DNA of 64,000 nt from Perna viridis (taxonomy: Eukaryota), in assembly GCA_037379345.1 (NCBI GenBank), contig CM074519.1:35056103-35120102 (forward strand), written 5' to 3'. Shown one piece after another: positions 55,365 through 64,000 of this stretch. Positions within the stretch are counted from its first letter, which is position 1; each line of letters starts with the position of its first letter. Made by a program: the position numbers and the translations under genes. The notes under the pieces are model-generated. The model searched no databases and was not told the origin of the DNA. It saw nothing but the letters and a program-made list of their open reading frames with translations.

Positions 55365-55995
55365 CTGTCTCACATGCGACTATGAAGAATTTAACACATT
55401 CCTGGGTCAAATTTCTTTTGAGTTAACCCATTCCTGAGCCAAGTGTCTCACTTACATGAGACTATGAAGAAGTGAAGTCAAAGAAGTGAACTTATTCTGG
55501 AATGAAGATTGATGTCTTGCATGAGCCTATAAAGGAGTTTTTCTGGCTATTTCTGAAGACAAGATGTCCCACATCTTACTTTGAAGGAGTTAACTCATTC
55601 TGGACCAAGAATTCCTACACGAGACAATGAAGAAGTGAACTCATTCTAGAGCCATGGTGTCCCACATGAGACAATGAAGGAATTAACTCATTCTGGAGCC
55701 AAGATCTCTTACATGAGGCTATCTAGGAGTTAACTCATTCTAGAGCCATGGTGTCCCACATGAGACAATGAAGGAGTTAACTCATTCTAGAGCCATGGTG
55801 TCTTACATGAGGCTATCAAGGAATCAACTCATTCTGGAGCCAAGATCTCTTACATGAGGCTATCAAGCAGTTAACTCGTTCTGGAGCAAAGATCTATTAC
55901 ATGAGGCTATGAAGAAGTTATCACATGCTGGAGCCAAGATATCTTAGGTGGTTAACTACTCTAAAGCCAAGATCTCTTATATTAGGTAATCTAGG
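55365..55995. repeat. 47-bp minisatellite (~13 copies) with two unit subtypes
   Basis: ACATGAG recurs at 55664, 55711, 55758, 55805, 55852 and 55899; the edges are degenerate. Confidence 0.95.
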
Positions 55996-57930
55996 AGTTA
56001 CAGGAGCCAGATGCCATTGTCTTATAATAGACTATATTTATTTTGCCAGATATGTAACTTTACTGAAAGCTTAAATTTTGACATGTAAGAAACACCTACA
56101 TATACATTGTATTAGTATGTCACCACTCATATTATTTTGAAAATTAAATTTTTTTAAGTTTATACATTACTCTTTTCATTTCTAGGTAAGAGGAAATTCA
56201 TTCATCAGTAATTTTCTCATGAACCAAAATAAAATATTCAAAAAAAATAAAACATAAAATCCTTCCGTCCCTAATTTTTGAAGAACAATTAACTTGAAGT
56301 GGTCTAATGGGATCATGTTCAAACTCGACAACAGCTTTACAATGTATTTAGAAGGATGAAATATGTATCTTTAATAGCTGTTGACAATTACATGTATTGC
56401 TCTTCCCACCATGGATCCAGAAATGGTAAAAAATGAAGGTCATTGACCAACAAATTTTGCAAATGACCGACGACAATTTTCCAATATCACATTTTAGGTA
56501 CATATAATTATTCATACATTAATATTCTACATTGCATTTTTTTTTCAGTAGAATCAGGCAACAACTTGTAACCATATCAAGTTAAGATTTATTTAACACT
56601 ACTCAGTAATACATGTACATGTATCACCCTTACAGGTAATAACCAATAATGACATGTAACAACTTGTTTGTAACACCTTTCAAATCTTCAAGTATACACC
56701 TCTGGGAGCACCATATTAACATACATGTAAATGTAATTCTAATGGCAAGCACTCTATAAATAATGATAAAATTACTAACTACTTGTGATCAATGACTATG
56801 AAGTAATCTATAAGCCTTGATCATTAACAAATTAAAATACCCAACTTGTACACAGCTTTGTCAAAGACAACTGAACATTCCTGATACATCAATAATAGAG
56901 AAAATTCAACAGCAGATGCTCAAGAATAATAGTACAACGATCGTTCAATGCATTGTGACAATCTGATAGAAATCTAGCCAAATATTAACATGTAGAAATC
57001 GCTGGAGTACATTTCAGTTATGAGTATTGATTGGTAATAGTCAACTAAATCGGTCTTCTCCCATGAAGCTTTGTAAACACTGATGTCTGATGGAGGAGTA
57101 TCCTAGATATATTCAGGGAAGTCTTAGTTTACTCGTGACAATTATTGATGTAATACACATGAATGTGTATTACAGTAAAAAAACACACATTGTAATAAAA
57201 ACAAAATATATTTACAAGTGTACATGATGCATGTATGAAATACAATGTAAAAAAAAAACAGTGCCTGATACTGAAGTTTTCTTAATAATTAGTGGTTTTC
57301 AAACCCTTTTAAAAAATGTTACATTCATATTGTTTTCAACAATAAAAGAATTGTACTGAAATAATCCAGAATGTTTGAAAAATTTTGGGAAATTTTGCAT
57401 AAACAAATTATCAGAAAAAAACTTAATAGAAACCAATTATACAATATTTTTTCTGTTCTTCATGTTCATTTAAAATAACAAAGTTGTTACCCAAATTCAT
57501 AAGCAGATCAAACAAGTACTTTTTTGTGTTTTCTAGAAGTTTACAGAAAACCTTTAGACACAAAGTTCTATGGACATTTGATCTATGACTGTCACTTGTT
57601 TAATTCAATTTTTCACTTTCCCATCTAAACATAATATAAACTCAATTAATTGTAAAATGACTATTGATTTTTATTGAAGATGTCTTCCTACTATTCTAGG
57701 AAAGGATAGGTCTGAGCTAGCTTGTGATAAAACAACTTATTACAAAGGTGAAAAGAAAGAAATTGTGTAGGTCAATAGTGTGAAGTTTATGAGGAACTTT
57801 CCTTTTTTAACTACAAAAATACATGTACATGTACATACATTTAAGTACAAGTACAATTATAGGAAAAATTACTGTCCTTAATACAGTCCTTACAAAGAAG
57901 TCTTTGTTTTCTTATATTTTCAAACACATA

Positions 57931-58072
57931 ATAATTAATGTATATTACTGTATGTGTACATGAATATTTTTCCTCATCCTACTTTGTAATTTCCTATAAT
58001 TAATGTATATTACTGTATGTGTACATGAATATTTTTCCTAATTCTACTTGGTAATACTTTGTAATTTCCTAT
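57931..58072. repeat. 65-bp tandem duplication
   Basis: ATAATTAATGTATATTACTGTATGTGTACATGAATATTTTT at 57931 and 57996. Confidence 0.9.
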
Positions 58073-60901
58073 GAAGTCTGTTAATAGGTAAGTACAGTCA
58101 AGTACAATATGAGCTCTGCTTGTTGAACCAAAATCTGTAATATTCCATATTTTTTTTTGACAGTGCTCAATGTCTTCAATGTACAGTATATAATCTGCCT
58201 GTTATATATCTGTTAAATCAATTTTGTATTTCTTCACATTTCTATTTATAATAGCAATCCTTCTGTATAATTATAGGGAAAACTTGTACCAGATATGGAG
58301 AATCTATAAAGGTAAATACATCTGGTCTTTGATACAAAATGTATTTATAATCTCTTAAAACAATAAAAACTTTGGAAAAAGTTAAAAACAAAAAGGAGCA
58401 TTCTTCCTAAAAGACTGTTATTGTACCAAAGTAAATTCCCTAAATTATTGTACATGTATGAAGTGTGGATTGATACAAATTACAGTGACATGTGAATAAA
58501 AGTTGCTGACCACAATCTTATGCATTAATAATTATTACACAAAGTCTTCAATGAACAAGTACATGTAAAAGCAAAATCTAAAGAATACACATATCACAAA
58601 ATTCTCAAATTGATTTTTAATGAACATATGTCAACATGACATGATATGTGAAGTTAGACATTAGGATGGGTATATGAAGCCATGAAACCTATCTAAACTA
58701 AACTCCTTTCTGACTTAATGTCTTGTTTGGTTTAGACAAGTGTCTGGTCTACACAAGGATTGGGGGCATTAAGCTATGATAATGGCCAAAAATGTAACAA
58801 ATCTAAATGTATGTCATTGAAAAATTTCTTACAGTGCTCATTTACCGTGGATGATAGAAAAAAAAATGTTTACTAACCAGGCTGACAGGTATCCTTATGA
58901 TAACCGCTACTAGGTTAATTCTTTCATTGCCATGCATTTCGGAAAGTAGGAAAAATCACTTTGAATATGAACTAAATTTTTAAAGACCCCATTTTTCACT
59001 TTTTTAAGAAGGAGGGGGAACAAATATACTCACAGCCGAAAAAAAAAGCACCATGTCTAAATTACCATAAATTTACTACATGTACATGTGATTATACATT
59101 TGTGTAATGAGCCATTCCTAACATGGTAATTCACCAAAAAACAAATCTTAATCAATACACATCTTTTATGTATCATACCACAAGGTACATGTGTATCTTC
59201 CTGTAACATGACTGCCCCTTGTACAATAAATTTATCTGTAAACGGAACTCCTTTGTTCATTTCAACATAAAGATCAAGAGAGAATATCTTCTACTGAGGT
59301 GTCAATGGATTAATTTTACATGTAAACAACTTGTAACTTGTTTGTCCTTGAGGATGTTATACTGCACAATGGAACACACAACATTTGGCCACTCACAGTA
59401 AACTATAGAATTACAAATGACATGTAAATAATATTGTAAAACAATATCGTGCACAATAATTTTTCATAATTTTTAGCTATTGAACTTCCTGCTATCATCA
59501 GAAGTCTTTGTATGCCATGTAATGAATATACAATTGATCTGTTCTAAAAATCAATTGTTTGGTACAGTGGAAAATGTCATTAAGTCAAATTTACAGCATC
59601 ATTCCTGATTTTCACAAGGAAATAAATGTGAATTTGCCATGATTTTCCTCTGTATTGAAAAAGCATTCAGGCTAAGGTCAAATGTCATTTTCACCAAAGG
59701 TTACACTAGACCATAAGTTATGAGGATTGAAGGACTTCAAACTCAAAAAAATTTACAATTATGACTTTTTGTCTGCAGATAAATGTACCGTACTACATGT
59801 ATGTATATGTACAAGTAGAAAAAATTTCCAATATCATTGTAATCCCACATTTTTTAACTCACAGATAAAAAAAATGTATCTAACATTTACATATAACAAA
59901 ATGTAATCAATGAGAAAAATTACAGAAATTCAAGCAGTTGTAATCAGCAGGCTGGCACCTCTGATGTCAAGAGTAAGCCTAAAAAATTATCATTCTAAAA
60001 TGTCTCATTTCCTTTCATCAAGATGAATTTAAATTTATAAAATCCATGGCCTCTATAACAGCTAAGTCAACAGTCATCGAAAAGAAGGTCACTAATACTT
60101 CAGGTGAAAATTAAATTAACAGGTATAACTTTGACTATGGCCACAAATGCGCTATTTAAACCTAGATGTCACAAGTGTCACTGTGTCTTGGTTTAAAGTC
60201 TAGTATTTGAGTGGTATAACAAATGAAGTATCATCACAAACAAAGAACATGTCAACTTATGGAGACTTCTATAAATTTATTCTTGTATAGGAGAAGAAAA
60301 ATAATCACCTCAATTAAACTGCCTGTTTTATGTATATAGTGTACAGCCAGAAAATAAGTCCACTTTCGACTTTCTGTATAACAAAACAAATATGACTCAT
60401 CTAAAGTAAGCAAAGAGTTTGTCATACAACTGTTCTTATTAGTATAAAAATGAACACGGCTTCATGTGTATTGAATCTATGTTATACATGTACAATTTAG
60501 TCCATGTACATGTGCACATATACTTTAGAGAGGCAAGATTCATTTACATATACAAACTGTAAACATAAAGTTGAATATGTTGAGGTGCTAGGCATACCCC
60601 CACTCGTACAGGAAGTTGATACCGGACAGCAACCAAAATCGCTTACAAAGCAATATATGCCCCATCTACATTTTTGTACTTAAAACCACAAACCAAATTA
60701 AAAATCAAAGGCTGAAGTCTTCAAAGTCACTAATCGTCAAATATTCTATGCCACTGACGTTGGCTTACTTTCAACATCCCAAATGGCTCGAATGCGATGT
60801 GCTCTAAATTCAGGTGACTTCCACTAGAATCTTGGTTCCTTTGATATTATTAATCTTTCATAACCAAGATGACAAATGTTTTCAATCAAATCAACTGGTT
60901 T

Positions 60902-61289
60902 CAAGGGACCAGATTAAACAACTGGCAATTGCTATAAATAGATATTGGGGTCCTTATAATGTATATGACCTATATAGTCAATTAAAATGAGCCCCTGTGT
61001 TTGAATCAGAAACTGGGTAATATTATATAAATTAAATTCTAACCGATCATTTTATCTTTAAATGTAAACTTCCCCTTCTTGTACAAGCAAAAAACACACA
61101 TAGACATGTGCATGATATTTTTTTTACAAGACGTACATTTTGGAGATCTTTGGGTCGCTTATGATATTGACCAGGGAACCAGATTAAACAAATGGCAATG
61201 AATATTTATAGATATCATGGCCCTGCTAATGTACATGACCTGTATAGTTTTGTAACGAGCCCCTGTGACTAAATCGGAAATTGGGTAAT
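60902..61289. repeat. Diverged ~120-bp direct repeat (60902-61021 and 61172-61289)
   Basis: Shared blocks ACCAGATTAAACAA, TGGCAAT, ATAGATAT, TAATGTAYATGACCTRTATAGT, GAGCCCCTGTG and TGGGTAAT. Confidence 0.8.
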
Positions 61290-62838
61290 GTTCAATGCAA
61301 CACATTTGTACATGTGAACAATTACAATGTACATGTGCAGCAATCAAAATCCAAAACTGCATGAATAGAAATAAATTTAAAGTTTTGCTGAAAAATCTTT
61401 TCACAAGAGGTTAAAAACATATGTTTGATAACATCCTAGGTAATGATATTCATGTGGCCACCATTTACATATGCATGTGCAGTGTATTCATAACATATAA
61501 ATTCTCAATGCAGGATCTAGTACTTTCTAACTGGAGGAACTGCCAAGATGCAACATGTACATTTGTATTTATCGAATGTAAATGCCCCTGAGGGACTATG
61601 ACTGGATTAATGAAAAAAATGAATTTGAAATTTGAATTTATTTCCCTGAAACATTATAAAAGAATTTTGGCCAAAAGTTGAGATAAAAGCAGGATGTAGA
61701 CCCAGCATGCCAGTCTTTAATCCATTTTAAATGTTCATTAATGTGTAAACATGTGTGAAGAAATACTATTCAATCCTAGCTGGGTTTCACCACAAATTAA
61801 AGCATATAATCTTCTGTCTTATTCCCTTTGACCTTCCTAATTCATAGACAACTTGGTAACAGCAATGTAAACATTTCTTTAACATCCTTGAATTCATCCA
61901 AGGTACACATCTATTTAGTAAAATACATGTACTTAAATGCACAAGACTTGTAACTAAACAAACATATCACCATTAAATTCCCTTTAAACATGTAAAAGTT
62001 AACCCTACAAGCAAAGTTTCTCTCAGTGCAAGCTATCTGTCATCAAAATATAAAAACATATGTTTTTGCCATACAAACCTTGTATGTTGGGTAACATAAA
62101 GATGAAACATAATATTGTGAGAAATTTGAACATCTGAGGGACTACAGCTTTGTGTAAATATTTTTACCAGAACACATCTTGAATGGCATCTGCTCTATCT
62201 GATTGCACTCTCATAGAAGAATGTGAAGACGGAACATTTCACATGTGTATCATTCAGACTATGTGCACATGTACATGTGCATGTAAATGAGCATCCCATT
62301 CTACTTCAAATGTACAAAAGTTTGTACAATAAATTAAGAAGATATTGCAGTGTTTTTATTATTGCGCAAAATACAAATGACTCTAATATGCATTAAATTA
62401 TATTTGCATTATGCAATTTTTTAGGTTAATGATGTTTGATGCATTGTACATGCATTTTCAACACCACAATGCGATAGCATTTTTTCCTGTCATTGCAAAC
62501 TGTACAATAAATGACAGAATCCAGAATTCCTAGTGCATGTATATGAACTTGTATACAATACACTGTACTTGTATTTGTTTTACACAAAAACATTTCACAT
62601 TTTTCTATTTAGAGAAGGCAAACATTGTACATTTCTTTATCAGTGTACACGTACATGTTGTTATCAAATAAACTGAATTGTACACTTGTAAAATCTAGGG
62701 AATTAAGTTAGGAAAACATGTACATTGTATACATGTGTGTATAAACACCTGATTTCATCGCATGTACAATGTACATGTACATTTAAAGAGTGCAAATACA
62801 GTAATCAAAAATATGATTTCAAAAATGTCAAAGTGTTC

Positions 62839-62992
62839 AAATTTACTTCCAACAGTGAAGGGTCCTGGACTTTCCTAATTTACTTCCAACAGTGGCAGGT
62901 CCTGAACTTTCCTAATCTACTTCCAACAGTGGCAGATCCTAGACTTTCCTAATCTACTTCCAACAGAGGAAGGTCCTGGACTTTCCTAATTT
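62839..62992. repeat. 37-bp tandem repeat, 4 copies (TACTTCCAACAGTGGCAGGTCCTGGACTTTCCTAATC)
   Basis: Units at 62844, 62881, 62918 and 62955. Confidence 0.95.
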
Positions 62993-63670
62993 TCAAATCA
63001 ATGATCTACTTGAGGAAAATCAAAGGTCTTAAAGTTTTGATAGAGTTAAACCAAGGTACAATGTAACTGAATAATAAAAGATCTTAGGTATAAAAATTAA
63101 GTGGTCTAAGACCTGAGAAGACCAATAATTCAAACCCCTAATTTTTGCTCAATCTGCTGGAATACCTGCATCCCTTCTACAATGTAAATCCAAGATCTGC
63201 CCCTTGTATTAGTATTTTGAAGCATCTGGATACAAAATACATTGTGCAATTTTGTGTTGTGTTCAACTCGTGATTGGATAAAACCATTCACACAAATAAC
63301 CGAAGCAGCAATATGCAAATAAGGATGATACATAGAAAATCTATCCGCAAATGATGAAAATATTTGAATGAACAAGATGCAGATGATCACAAAGGAAATC
63401 CATCCACTAATGAGAATGACATTGAGACTAATATAGCACTGTCAAACAATATGACCTGAATGTCATGACAAAGATGGTTCAATCACCCCAGTGGCCAGTA
63501 TGTACATTTGACTGACGCCAAGACAAAAATATATTTTACCTAGTAACTACCAAATGATTTCCAAAAAAACTAAGAAGAAATATAGTTTGATGCAAAGATC
63601 AATATATAACCCATAATATATATAATCAAAATCGTACAAAAATGTTATATGCTTCCGTAACAATCTATAA

Positions 63671-63752
63671 TTATTTAGACAGTCAGTAGATCTGTTGGAG
63701 GGACTTAGCTAACACCTCATCCTCCAACAGAATCTACTGACTGTATAAATAA
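63671..63752. other. 82-nt near-perfect hairpin (31/32-nt arms, 19-nt loop)
   Basis: TTATTTAGACAGTCAGTAGATCTGTTGGAGG / CCTCCAACAGAATCTACTGACTGTATAAATAA, with one mismatch and one bulge. Confidence 0.85.
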
Positions 63753-64000
63753 CCATTAATGGTCACCTGGGAGCTTATATATGTACATGTAACTTATAAT
63801 GTTGAATGCACATTTGCAGACACACCTGAAATATACATGTACAATGTAAATGTGTATATAAGATCGAACTTGCACAAGTATTACATGTATTGTCTTTATA
63901 CATGGAAAATAAGATTTAACACTAATACATTTTAAAAATAACTGAAGCAATTAATACATGAACAGTTCAAAAGTAAAAAAAATTTAAAATTTACCTAAGA

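Noticed and set aside
60960-61270. Duplicated segments as mutually exclusive exons
   Set aside because: The implied exons are 25 and 23 nt with poor gtcat donors and do not preserve frame.
22493-62992. 27-47-bp arrays as CRISPR arrays
   Set aside because: Head-to-tail monomers with no unique spacers, no cas genes, and a eukaryotic context.
1-64000. The supplied 60-111 aa ORFs as stand-alone genes
   Set aside because: Short, rich in F/L/I/K/N/Y as expected from AT-rich non-coding DNA, many with non-ATG starts and no domains. Only 11866..12153 overlaps a real exon.

Overview
Very AT-rich, CpG-depleted animal DNA. The repeat landscape (TACTGT...ACAGTA and CAGGG...CCCTG MITEs, HINE/pearl-like elements, many TACATGTA palindromes) resembles a bivalve mollusc such as Mytilus; this is recognition, not a database result. 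None of the supplied ORFs is a gene as given. The window looks like the intron-dominated interior of one large minus-strand spliced gene that I cannot name. It has four symmetric phase-0 coding exons (46537-46632, 12007-12147, and microexons of 30 nt at 9429-9458 and 27 nt at 4579-4605). Between 31 kb and 15 kb, several candidate alternative first exons (MDESALKEK..., MTTRSLCKLQ..., and one ending exactly in ATG) each end in a phase-0 donor and sit in local CpG-retaining patches. This suggests a multi-promoter cassette of interchangeable N-termini feeding one shared exon. The introns contain a 640-bp foldback MITE with 140-bp TIRs, several other TIR MITEs (one with a 5-bp TSD nested in an older repeat), at least eight tandem arrays (two apparently built from transposon termini), and an 82-nt near-perfect hairpin. 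All exon calls rest on splice signals and reading frame only and need RNA evidence.
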